Part shown: positions 50,201-62,675 of the stretch, piece after piece
Layout of the letters: each line of letters starts with the position of its first letter
Position numbering within the stretch: position 1 is the stretch's first letter
Source of the DNA: Calcarisporiella thermophila CBS 279.70
Taxonomy: Eukaryota; Fungi; Calcarisporiellomycota
DNA: 64,000 nt
Direction of reading: 5' to 3'
Assembly (NCBI RefSeq): GCF_041956535.1
Contig: NW_027192196.1
Coordinates: 923,823 to 987,822, forward strand
Notes under the pieces: generated by a model
What the model was told of the DNA's origin: nothing
Seen by the model: only the letters and a program-made list of their open reading frames with translations
The model's database searches: none
Translations under genes and position numbers: made by a program

Positions 50201-53200
50201 TGTACCAATGACCCATCGTTTCTTGCGACATGCACCGCTTGTGATGGTCGACTATCCTGGGCAAATATCGCTGATGCAAATCTATGGGACATTTGTACGC
50301 GCCATGCTCAAAGTGGTGCCAATGCTTCGTGGCTATGCTGATGCTCTCACGGCTGCGATGGTTGAATTCTACTTGATGTCACAGCAACGTTTCACCTCCG
50401 ATATACAAGTTCACTATGTGTACAGTCCACGTGAGCTTACACGCTGGATGCGTGGTATCTTTGAGGCGATCAAGCCGTTAGAGGAGCTTTCTGTTGAAGG
50501 CCTGGTGCGCGTGTGGGCACACGAGGGTCTGCGGCTCTTCCAGGATCGGTTGGTTACGGAGGAAGAGCGGCGCTGGACAGACGAAAATATCGATGCAGTT
50601 GCCCTCAAACATTTCCCGAATATCGACAAAGAAGAAGCCCTTGGACGCCCGATCCTCTTCTCCAACTGGCTCTCCAAGTACTACATCCCGGTCGACCGTG
50701 AAAAGTTGCGCGAATATGTTAAAGCTCGGCTCAAAGTGTTTTACGAGGAAGAGTTGGATGTGCCTCTGGTCCTGTTCAACGATGTATTGGACCACGTTTT
50801 GCGCATTGATCGGGTCTTCCGGCAGATGCAAGGGCATTTGCTGTTGATTGGTGTCAGTGGAAGTGGAAAGGTTTGCCATCAATATCTTTATTTTTTACAA
50901 AAGTATATGCGTTGTATAACCACTATTTTCTTATTTAGACTACTCTCTCAAGATTTGTCGCTTGGATGAATGGATTGAGCGTATTTCAAGTAAAGGTGCA
51001 CAACAAATACACCGTCGAAGACTTTGATGAGGACCTGCGCACGGTTTTACGTCGCGCAGGCTGCAAGGGGGAGAAGATTTGCTTTATCATGGATGAGTCG
51101 AATGTAATGGATTCTGGATTCCTTGAACGCATGAACACTCTGCTTGCCAATGCTGAGGTAAATGCTGATTTTAATAGCGAATCTCTGTCTAAATCAGGTA
51201 TGCTTAACTAACTGATTTGGTGTCTAGGTCCCTGGTCTTTTCGAAGGCGATGAATACGCTTCTCTTATGACACAGTGCAAGGAAGGCGCGCAACGAGATG
51301 GACTAATGCTCGATTCTCACGAAGAATTATATAAATGGTTCACCCACCAGGTGATGAAAAATCTGCACGTTGTGTTCACCATGAATCCACCTGAAGGTGG
51401 CTTGGCATCCCGCGCTGCCACCTCCCCTGCTCTGTTCAATCGTTGTGTGCTTGATTGGTTCGGAGACTGGTCGGATCAAGCATTCTATCAAGTCGGAAAA
51501 GAATTCACAAACAATCTCGATCTCGACGTCCCCACATATGGTGCGCCGATCAACTTCCCAGTGGCGTACCGCGACTTGTCTTTGCCACCTACTCACCGTG
51601 ATGCCATCATCAACGCGTTCGTCTTTGTGCACCAGTCGCTATACGAGATCAACAAGAAGCTGGCTAGCCGGACGGGCAAAATTAATTTCGTTACTCCTCG
51701 CCACTTCCTTGACTTTATCAACCATTACGTGCGCCTGTACAACGAGAAACGGGATGATCTCGAGGAACAGCAGCGTCACTTGAATATCGGTCTCGACAAA
51801 CTACGCGAGACGGTGGTGAAGGTCGAGGAGCTCCGCAAGAGCTTGGCGATAAAGAAGAACGAGCTCGAGGAGAAGAATGCACAGGCGAACGAGAAATTGA
51901 AGAAGATGGTTGCTGACCAACAAGAGGCCGAGCAAAAGAAGGCGGCATCTATCGAGATCCAGAGATCGCTTGAGGTTCAAAACCGCCAGATCGAGGAGCG
52001 TCGGGCGATCGTCATGGGCGATTTGGCCAAGGCGGAGCCTGCTGTTATCGAGGCGCAGAAGAGCGTCAGCAACATCAAGAAGCAGCACTTGACTGAAGTG
52101 CGTGCGATGAGCAACCCTCCTGAGGCTGTCAAAATGGCCATGGAGTCTGTGTGCACGCTGCTTGGCCACCGCATCGATAGCTGGAAGACGGTCCAGAGTA
52201 TCATCCGCCGGGATGACTTCATCGCAAGCATCGTCAACTTCGACACGGATCGGCAGATGACCCGGTTTTTGAGGGATAAGATGCGTAACGAGTACCTCAA
52301 TAACCCTAGCTTCAACTTTGAGACAGTGAACCGTGCAAGCAAAGCTTGCGGACCCCTCGTGAAATGGGTGTGTGCCCAGGTGAACTACTCGGAGATCTTG
52401 GATCGAGTCGGCCCGCTTCGAAATGAAGTCGAGGAGCTCGAGCGCAGCGCCGAGGAGACGAAGATGCGCGCTGCCGCGATCGAAAAGATGATCGAGGAGC
52501 TCGAGAACAGCATTGCCACCTACAAGGAGGAGTATGCCTTGCTCATCAGCGAGACGCAGGCGATCAAGACCGAGATGGAGCGCGTCAAGTCCAAGGTCGA
52601 CCGCAGTCTTACCCTGCTGAGCAGTCTCTCCTCGGAGAAGGAGCGGTGGGAGGCTGCCAGCCAGGCCTTCGACACCGAGATGGCCACCATCGTTGGCGAC
52701 GTGCTGCTCTCTGCGGCCTTTCTCGCCTATGGGGGCTATTTCGACCAGCAGTACCGTGAGCTGCTCTTCGGCAAGTGGACGGACCACTTGCTTCAGGCCG
52801 ACATCCGCTTCAAGCAGGAGATTTCCCTCACCGAGTACCTGTCGACGGCCGACGATCGCCTCTCTTGGCAAGCCAATTCGCTGCCCGCCGACGACCTGTG
52901 CACGGAGAACGCCATCATGCTCAAGCGGTTCAACCGGTATCCGCTCATCATCGATCCCTCCGACCAGGCCCTTAACTTCTTGATGAATGAGTACAAGGAG
53001 CGCAAGATCTCCGTGACAAGCTTCCTTGACGACTCCTTCATCAAGAACCTGGAGAGTGCGCTGCGCTTCGGCAATCCACTCCTCATCCAAGACGTAGAGC
53101 ACCTCGACCCGATCCTTAACCCGGTCCTGAATCGCGAGCTGCGTCGCACTGGCGGCCGTGTGCTCATCCGCCTCGGCAATCAAGACATCGACTTCTCGCC

Positions 53201-55253
53201 TGCGTTCACGCTCTTCCTCTCCACGCGCGACCCCTCGGTCAGCTTCCCGCCCGACGTGTGCAGCCGAGTCACGTTCGTCAACTTCACGGTGACCCGCAGC
53301 AGCTTGCAGAGCCAGTGTCTCAACAAGGTACTCAAAGCGGAGCGCCCCGACGTCGATCAGCGCCGAACCGATCTCATCAAGCTGCAAGGGGAATTCAAGC
53401 TTCGCCTGCGCCACCTCGAGAAGTCGCTCTTGCAGGCGCTCAACGAGTCCAAGGGCAACATCCTGGATGATGATAAGGTGATCGAGACGCTTGAGACACT
53501 CAAGCGCGAGGCTGCCGAGGTGTCTCGAAAGGTTGAGGAGACGGAGAATGTCATGCAAGAGGTGGAGGAGATGACTGCGGTCTACACACCCCTTGCCCAA
53601 GCCTGCAATGGGATCTTCTTCATTATGGAGCAGCTCAATTTGCTCAACCATTTCTATCAGTTTTCGCTCGACTTTTTCTACGACATATTCCACACGGTGC
53701 TGCACAACAACCCCCACCTCAAGAACGTCAAGGACCCCGATGCGCGTCTGGAAATCCTCTTCCGGGACCTGTTCAATGTGTCGTTCCAGCGCGTGTCGCG
53801 CGCGCTGCTGCATGAGGATCATATCATGTTTGCCATGCTGCTAGCCCAGATCAAATTGGGTGGATCAGCGGAGGCCCTCAATGAGGCCGAGTTCGACTTC
53901 CTACTCAAAGGCACCAAGGGAGGCGAGGAGGGGGAGAGGAAGGAGGAGGTCGACGACGACGACGACATCCGCGCCTTGCCTGTCGATATCGTGGAGGAAG
54001 GCTGTCGCGGCATAGTTAAGAAGCTCGTGGCGCTCCCCGCCTTCGCCGGGCTTGTAGAGCACATTTCACAGAACCAAGACCTCTGGCGGTCCTTTATCGG
54101 CAGTAGCAACGCGGAGAATCATGTGCCAACGTGTTGGGAGAGCGAGGGCTCGACCCCCGCATCTGCCGTTAGCCTGCGCAAGATGCTTGTCGTGAAGTGC
54201 TTCCGCCCTGACCGTCTGCTTTCTGCGGCTACCCAGTTTGTGGGTGCGGTGTTCGGAGCCGACTTCCTCGCACAATACGAGCTCAACTTCAAGGGGCTCG
54301 TGTTCGACGAGATCAACGCCGCGACTCCGGTCGCGTTGTGCTCGGTACCGGGATACGATGCCAGCTACCGGGTCGACAACCTGGTCGAGGAGACCAAGAT
54401 TCGGTGCACCTCGGTCGCCATGGGTTCCGCCGAAGGGTTCACGCTGGCGGAACAAGCCATCTCCACGGCGATCAAGAACGGAAGCTGGGTCCTGCTCAAG
54501 AACGTGCACCTTGCCCCCCAGTGGCTTGGGCAGCTTGAGAAGCGCCTGCACAGCCTGAAACCCAACCGCAGCTTCCGGCTGTTCCTTACGATGGAGACGA
54601 ATCCCAAGGTGCCGGTGAACTTGTTGCGCCTATCGCGCATCGTCATGTTCGAGCCTCCGCCGGGCATCAAGGCCAACCTTCAGGACTCCCTGCGAAGCAT
54701 CCCCGAGGCGAAGTGGACCAAGGGGCCGATCGAACGGGTGCGTCTCTATTTCTTACTCGCCTGGCTGCATGCCGTTGTCCAGGAGCGGCTGCGCTATGTG
54801 CCCCTGGGATGGTCCAAGGGCTACGAGTTCAACGACTCCGACCTGGACGCCGCTCTCAACACCATTGACGTGTGGGTGAACATGGTCGCGCAGGGACGCG
54901 CAAACGTGTCGCCGGACAAGATCCCCTGGAAAGCAATCCGCTCGCTGATCGCACAGTATGCCTATGGCGGCCGGGTGGACGAGGCGCCGGACATGCAGCT
55001 GCTCGAGTCGTTTGTCAACGAGCTCTTCACCCCCAAGAGCTACGATCTCGACTTCACACTGGTGGATCGCCCCGACGATGAGCAGCGGCTGGTCATCCCG
55101 GACGGGCATAAGCGCGATCAGTTCGCGGCGTGGGTGAACAAGCTTCCCGAGGCAGAGCCTCCGTCATGGCTCGGTCTCCCCAAGAACGCCGACCGCGTGC
55201 TGAGTGAATCCAAGGGCTTTGCCATGCTGGCCAAACTCTGCAAAGTGCTGTGA
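41293..55253 (+). CDS. DYN1: Cytoplasmic dynein heavy chain
   Basis: Tail ([22 protein letters not shown]), linker ([17 protein letters not shown]), four Walker A motifs ([32 protein letters not shown]), coiled-coil stalk/MTBD, AAA5-6; ends [10 protein letters not shown]...KLCKVL*. Confidence 0.98.
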
Positions 55254-55547
55254 GCGGGTTGAACGGGACAAGATCGGTGGAAACGCACGAGGCCCCCTTC
55301 TATTCTTATTGGCCGTATAATTCATTCTTCTTTTTATTTTTACCTATACTATACAATTTTTTTTTCATGATACTACTAGCTTATATCTATATACATCAAT
55401 ATACAGTACAGTATATATACATGGATACTAATTTGAGATTGACTTGAAAATAAAATTAAGTATTCCATTTTATAAGTTTGGCGCAGCAAATCGAGGGAGT
55501 CTCCCCATTCAGAGCACGGCTATATAGAAGGTTAGCGGTGGGCGAGA

Positions 55548-57813
55548 ATGGCAGACGACATCACGCTAAGACAGCGCAAAGTACTCACGGCCGAGCAGGA
55601 AACAAGAGCTGATGCACCTCCGCGAGAAGAGGGGGCCGATGAAAAAGATCCTGGAGCTTCGTCCAATGTGGCCGAGATTGTGTCCTCGTCGGTGCAAGGT
55701 GCATCGGCCATTGTGGTGCTGCAGCTCCTCACGCGAATGATGACTTTTGGGCTGCACCAAGTGGTTCTTCGCTACACCAGTCGCAATATCTACGGCATCG
55801 CATCGGTCCAGCTGGAGCTTCTCTACAACACCATTCTGTTCATTTCTCGGGAAAGTTTCCGGGGTGCGCTTTTGCGGGGCGACAGCGGAGCGGTGACGGC
55901 GTCCGAGCCCGACGCGAGCCAAACCGAGAATGCGGAAGGACGAGCAAAGAATGCGCCCAGTAGGGGGGAGATTCGAGATGCCATTCCGTTGTATTCACGT
56001 GAAGGTGATTTCCAAAAGGTGACCAATCTAGCTTACCTCCCCTTGGCATTCGGGCTGCTGTTCGCCGCCGGCGTGTGTGGATACTACCTACACCAGGTAG
56101 ACGATCAGAGTGCACAGAAGTACCCATACTACCGAACCTCCATCATCGTGTACGGCCTCTCGGCCGTGATGGAGCTCGTGATCGAGCCGCTCTTTATGGT
56201 CTCGTTCAATCACTTCCACTTCAAACTACGCGTGGTGGCCGAGGGGGTCGCCGTGGCTCTCCGATGCCTCGTCACGGTATCGCTCGCGGTGTGGGGGGCG
56301 TATCTCGGAAAGAGCACCAATGCTTCAGAAAATGCATTTGGGCTGCTCCCGTTTGCGATCGCACAGATGATCTATGCGCTAACCTTGGTGGTCTCCTACG
56401 TGGGCTACTATCTATGGATGAGCGGACTTCCCCACCAGGGAGTACTCGGCACTGACTACCTTGATTGGAAATATCTTTTTCCCCGCAGGCTTTTCGAAAA
56501 GGTGGAGAATAGGTAGGACCGAAAAGATTGACGGGCCCCCTCCTGCTCAGTAGAGGAGCGCTCATTGTATATATTGATCATACCCTATAGACTCGTTTAT
56601 TCCTGGTTTGACAAGAAGCTCCTGGGCATTGCGATCACGTTGGGGAAGCAATCCTTTGTGAAGCATCTTCTGAACGAAGGAGATAAGTTTCTCGTAGCCA
56701 GGTGGACAAGCCACAACGACCAGGGCGTGTATGCGCTTGTTTTCAACTATGGTACAGGATGATGTTTGAACGAGTGGTTTTTCTGGGATACGTGGTGAGG
56801 ACTGAAATGCTGCCATTCCTCTAATTTAGGATCACTGGTCGTTCGAATCCTCTTCATGCCACTCGAGGAAACGGCGCGTATTCTGTTCTCCAAGCTGCTG
56901 AGCGATTTGGATAGCCCCGCCCCCGTCCATGACCCGGACACCGTGCCCGATGGAGAAAGCCGCTCAATGGAAGAAAAGTTCTCGGCGAAAAATCCAAAAG
57001 AGCCGCACAAGATCTCTTCCAGACAGCAGCAAGCCCTGGTCTCTTCGGCGGATCTGATGGCGACCTTTATTCGGTTCTACCTCTTGCTCGGACTCGTGTT
57101 CATTGCCTTTGCAACGAATTATACGGGGGCGCTGATCAGTCTGCTGAACGGGCGAGACTGGTCAAGGAGCGCGTTTAGGGAGCTGGCCGCCTACTGCGTA
57201 TTTGTGCCGATTATTGGGGTGAACGGCATCACGGAGACCTTTGTGCAAGCGGTGTCCACCGACAGCGAGCTGACGCAGCAGAGCTACCTCATGACGGGGT
57301 TCTCGATTGCGTTTGTGTGCGCCGGCTTTCTCTTCATGCAAATCCTCTCGCTAGGCACCCTGGGGCTGATCCTGGCCAATATGGTGAACTTGCTGCTGCG
57401 GATCGCGTACAGCTGGTACTTTATTCGTCGCTACTTCCTGCGCCCGCGTGGATACACGGTCGACGGCATAAGATATACCCTCTCGCTACCGAACTTGCTG
57501 CCGCGCCCGTTCGTAATTCTGGCATTCGCGATAGGATGGGCGCTCACCTTTTGGTCGGGTCAAGCCATCGGGTGGGCTACCCTACCCGAGATAGCGAAAC
57601 ATATTGGGGTCGGAGGAGCTTGCTTCGCATGTGTGGCCATTATCACGTAACTATTCTATCGAGGAGTGGCGCTGCCACTGTGTTCCTCTCTCTGTGGTTT
57701 GTCTTAACCCTTTCTTTGCTTTTTTTTTCACTTCCCTAGGTGGACGCAGGAGCGTGTCTTTGTACGCAAGGTCTATGGCATTCTTCGAAGCAAAGGGAAA
57801 AAGCACGAGTAGA
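55548..57813 (+). CDS. RFT1: Rft1 (Man5GlcNAc2-PP-dolichol translocation protein)
   Basis: LQLLTRMMTF, LELLYNTILFISRESFR, KHLLNEGDK, QGVYALVFNYG|SLVVRILFMPLEE, IGVNGITE; multiple TM helices. Confidence 0.93.
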
Positions 57814-59397
57814 ATGTTTATTTTCGAGCCTTAACTTGATTCTGTATGAGATGTTTGGGACTGTTTTTTTGCGTTTCTTTGGTCTTTTCTGCCTATTATT
57901 TAGTTTGTTTTTTGTTTTCACTGTTGACTCGCCATCTTCATATATGAGCGTGAATAGATGTGTTGTTAATTTAACTTTTTTTTTCCATTTCTTCCCGCAG
58001 AGTTCGTGTGGCTTATACTTTTGTCATCGATTTCTTCAGATAGGAGATTAAGCCATTTTCAGCTAGGGCAGGCTTTGGATCACTAGAGTTCGTTGAGGGC
58101 CGCACAAGGCGGCCGTAGGGGATTTTAGCACCCAATTACCTTATCAAGAATGAGGCCAGATCCACGCCCGTTGGCATCGATGGGGCATCTACCTCGATCC
58201 TATGCCCCCGTCTCGAAGATATACGAAATTGCTCGGGGTATGAGGGGTCGGATTCGGGCGGTTAGCCAAACGACGAGCCATGGTTGGCTCCACCATTTGG
58301 GCGTACTGGCCTTGCCCCAGGGCCCCAGGAGAAATATGGAATCGGCCATGACGGCGACTTTCCAACGCCCTGCTCACCTCTCCCCAACTATGACGCCACA
58401 GGCGATCCCTTCCAGCAGCATGAGAAGAAGGGAGGGGGCCGGCTGTGCTTTGTTCGCCAGTGCAGAGACGGTCGCCAATGGCCGTATATTGCCTATCCTC
58501 CTTGGCTCGGCAGTCGGAAGCAGCTGGTACGAGGAGGGGAGGCATTGTGCCTTGGCCAATGAGGCGAGGTGGCCTCCGGGGCTTTTTTATCCTTGCAGGC
58601 TCTGCGTCTTGTGGGATCCGCCTGGATCGCAGTTCGACGGAGGGTGACGGCTAATTAACACGGCCGCCTCCTATACGAGGGGATCCGAGAGGACGGGCAC
58701 GGAGTCTTGGAAAAGGAAATCAATTTTCGGCCGGAGATCAAACAGTGAGAAAATGCGAGCGGCCAAGGAGGAAAACGCCTCTGGCCTACGAGCCATCTGC
58801 CCTCAGCTCAGTGGTTGCGCGAAACGCCTCACTCTGTGTGGCCGCAAAAAGGATAAGGCTAGGACATTTAATACCAATGCGCGACGCGGCTCTTTCCTTA
58901 TTCTGCCCGGTGTTGGAGAGGAATGAACCGTTCTGCCCGGCAAGGGGCCGCGACAAGGAGGGGGATGGGGAGCCGGGAGGGCGGCTAGGCCGAGGATTTC
59001 AAACCGGCCCCGCGCAAAGAAACGGGCCAAGCGAGCGCGGCCGTCGGGGCCGCGACGGCCCACGCGGCCTCCGGGGGAGATCCGCGGCTTTCTTTTGCTA
59101 GCTTCCATTTCGACGCGAGGGCTTCTGGAACAATCCACCGGAAGCGAACTCTATAGCACGCTCCACTGGTTTGCCACAATTTTCAGTTTTACCGTGGGGA
59201 CAAAAAGTGTGCGTGTGACTAATGGTTGATAAATCAATCGGGGGTGGCTTACCGTCCTTGCAAAAAAAAAAAAAACGGGCGCTGGTCTTTTTTTTTTTTC
59301 CTCTACCTTGGTTGCGATTTTTCCACCCAACAAATATGACCCGCCGCTCATGCACAGACACCCAGCGCTCTCAATAAAAGCAACGCAGTAGGCCACC

Positions 59398-60710
59398 ATG
59401 ACAACCCTCGCTTCCAAAGCCAAATCCTCCCTCTCCTGGCTCAATCAGCCCTCCCCCGCCGGCTCGACCTCCCCCGCCAAGGACAAAGCCCCGCGGTCAC
59501 TTTTTCTGCAGACGGCGAGCCGGCCGCAGAGCAATCTTGGCCTGCACCACGGGGCCGCCACTGGCAACCTTGGCCTGGTCAAGTTTGCCCTCGACCATGG
59601 CGTCTCGGTGGACTCCAGCGTCGGAGGGGTGCTGCCCATTCATGCCGCCTCATGCTATCCGGGCGAAGGCAACCTGATTGTCCTACAATACCTCATTGAC
59701 CGCGGGGCCGATGTCAATGCCCCGCGCACCTCACGCAAACACGGGAATAACGATTGGAGCACCATGTACGTATTCTTTGGCTCAAGATCTGGTTTCTTCT
59801 GATTGGCTAACCGTGAGGCGGCATCTGCCGATGCCCTCCCCCTTTTCCTAGAGGATCGGTCGGCGTCACTGGATCAACCGCGCTACACTTTGCGGCAGCA
59901 AACGGATGCACCAAGACGGTGGAGCTTTTGCTCCGGAATGGGGCGCGTCCCGATGTCAAGGACAAACTCGGCAACACCCCCCTCGTCATTGCCCTTGCCA
60001 AACACCACTTCGAAATCGCCCGCTTGCTGCGCGAACACGCCCCTCTCGAAGAGAAGCCGTCCAACCCGTTAGACTCGCTGATAGAGCAGCGCCGACCCAT
60101 CTACACGCGCCGGCCAAGCATGCCCTCGATCACCGAGGAGAGCTTTGCCCGCCGGCGGCCCCAGAGCGCCAAGTCGCCCAAGCGCCAGAGCCTCAATCTG
60201 CCGCGCGTGACATTCTGGAGTGACCCCAGTCACCAGATGACTCCCCACGGCGCTGACGACGCATCCCTCTCCAAGCTCGCCACCGCCCGCTCTCGCTCGC
60301 ACAGCCACAGCCCCCCCATAGACCATCCAACCGACTCGCGCACGCGCACTGCTAGTTACCCTAGCCTCCTGAGAACCAGCGCCAGCTCTCTGCGAGCCCA
60401 TTCCTCCTCTCCCCCGGCATTGCCGGCCACCCAGTCTCCATCCTCCCCGCCCCCTGTGGAGCAGCCCAACACGGCCGCGGAGCGGGATTGGAAACGACTG
60501 ACGTATCCATGGACACCCCCGCTCGATGCCTCCCACACTGAGTCCTCTTCCGGCACCAACTCCTCAGACGAGCGAGACCCCATTTTGTCCCATGAACTTG
60601 GAATAGAGGGGCCATCAGAGTCCTTGGATGCCGTCTATGTAGGAAAGAAGCGTGGCCGGAGCGGCAGCCTGCTGGAACGTGTGGTAGATTTCCTTAAAGT
60701 TCGCAAATAG
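59398..60710 (+). CDS. Ankyrin-repeat protein with disordered Ser/Pro-rich C-terminus
   Basis: LGLHHGAATGNLGLV, LPIHAAS, GSTALHFAAANG, GNTPLVIA ankyrin motifs; one intron ~59766-59852. Confidence 0.85.
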
Positions 60711-60810
60711 TTTTTTTTTTTGCACCCTTTATATCAACTATGATATGGTATATCTATTTTTGTATACATAGCTCTTTTTTCTCTTTCTCCACTCCCTGTC
60801 TTCCTCCCTT

Positions 60811-60848
<38 letters not shown>
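60811..60848. repeat. Compound (TC)n(TA)n microsatellite
   Basis: tctctc... directly followed by tatata... downstream of the ankyrin gene stop codon. Confidence 0.9.
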
Positions 60849-60849
<1 letters not shown>

Positions 60850-62675
60850 TTGTTTGTGTGAATGATGTTATTTTTATTCGTGTACAAATGTTTTGAAGAT
60901 TTGGACATTTTTTTTCTTCTTGATCTACCACGTCTTTCTTTTCTCTTTACCTTTCTCCCGACTTTTGTAAATAAATTCTCTGCCCTCCTTTTGAGAGACT
61001 ATGGAGATCGGAGAGGCCAAGCTCTTAGCGCTTTTCCACAGCTCTTACTGTTGATAAGCAAAACCTTGATAATTTCACCCAACAAACCACCGGTAAAATC
61101 CCGATGCCGATTGGCTTTTCCCCACCCTGGCACTGATCATGTCACCGTGGTTTCCTTTTTCTGACATATTGCACGTGCCCTTGAACCATATCGATGGTCC
61201 TCCCGTGCCCCACCGTGGCTGGCCTTTTCAACCCCAAGTTCATTGGAGAGACGGGAGAGCTCCGAGGAGGGCGGCCGCATTCCCAAGATCTGTCTTGGAT
61301 AAGGGCAACCGCTCTTCTTTTTGGAAGAGTTCGCCGGACTAAAAGAGACGGCATTAGCACATTTGGAGTCTTGAGGTTAGATCGGGAGCTAACCTACCAC
61401 ACGGACCGTGGCTGGTCAGCCTCCCACGCTTTCCTCCTATAATTTTGCCACCAAGTAAGCCTGCTGGAAAAAGCACAGACTAGGAGACCCCTCCCATAGT
61501 AGAACTCAACCCCAGTGGAGGTGGAGAGGCAATCCGGCAGCGGGGGCTTAAGAGGAGGGTATAATTAAAGACCGGTTTAGCTTTGCAACTGCCTTGGTCG
61601 AAACAGCCTCGCATCCATATGCGGGGCTGGCGGGGCGGCTTGGGGGGAGAGGGCGGGCGGGAGCCTGAAACTCAGAAGGATAAACAGCTCTCTGGATAAG
61701 TCTCCATCCTCTCCCAGGTTGGCTCGGCTTTATCATATTGAACTGTTCCAGCTGCGCGCATATCTTCTTACTAAAAGGCCGTGTGTTTCCTTTGCATATC
61801 CTTGAGTTGAAAGCCAGTGATTATGGCCGCTCCTCACCCGCATGAGAATAAACTGTGCCGCAATTTCCACCCAAGATAGAAATAATTCCCATTCATGCAT
61901 TTTACAAAAAAAGCCTTCCCCCCCCCAACTTCTTCCTACAACGCGGAGCCACTACCGAGCTTAACTTCGAGATCAACTAGAATCTCATCGCCTGCGTCAC
62001 ACATCTTGTTTCTTTACTTTATGAATCCTAAGCCTATATATGTTTATTTTGGACGCACTCTAATATAGCATCCGACGTTCCCGTGCATGAAGCTGTAGCA
62101 AGCTGCTGCCCCCCCACTTTGTCTAGTGAAACTTAGGCCGCTATAGTCATCAGAGAGGAAAAAAGCATGGTGTCGGCATTGGAAAGTCCATTAAGGCCTC
62201 TTTAGGAATAACGCCTGGCTCTTTCTTCGCCTAAAGATGCAACCCCCTCTTGGCTGCACCGCCGCGTCTCTCATCTATCCTATTTAGATATGCATATTGT
62301 TCAGGGCCCCTTTTATCTCTCCCCCCGCTGACGCTAGGCACCCTCACTCTGGAGACACGAGACACCACGGTAAATGGTGACTACGGAGTCAGCCGTGAGA
62401 TGTAAGCCCCCACTTATGAAACGGAAGAGAAGGGATGGAGCCTAGGCCGCTGACGAACATTTCTCGTTTTTTATTTCCTTTTGTACTTTTTGGGTTCCAC
62501 TACAGGCTATGGACCAGAGTGAGTGTGGCGCAGAAAGGAACATTGAGCTTTATTTTCATCCTTTATTCTATCAAAGAGGTTCTAGGGCAAGAGACTATCG
62601 TTTGAAACCAACACCATCAAACCAAATCAATACACTCTGCTCGAGTGGAAGCTCTCCTGCGTGCCGAGGCCCTCT

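Noticed and set aside
51801-53822. 673-aa antisense ORF inside dynein (and similar antisense ORFs over the HMG gene and AMD1)
   Set aside because: Shadow of strong GC3 codon bias, which removes stop codons on the opposite strand; no domain-like content.
58150-59300. Several 100-165-aa ORFs upstream of the ankyrin gene
   Set aside because: GC-rich region yields long ORFs on both strands, with no recognisable domains or consistent splice structure.
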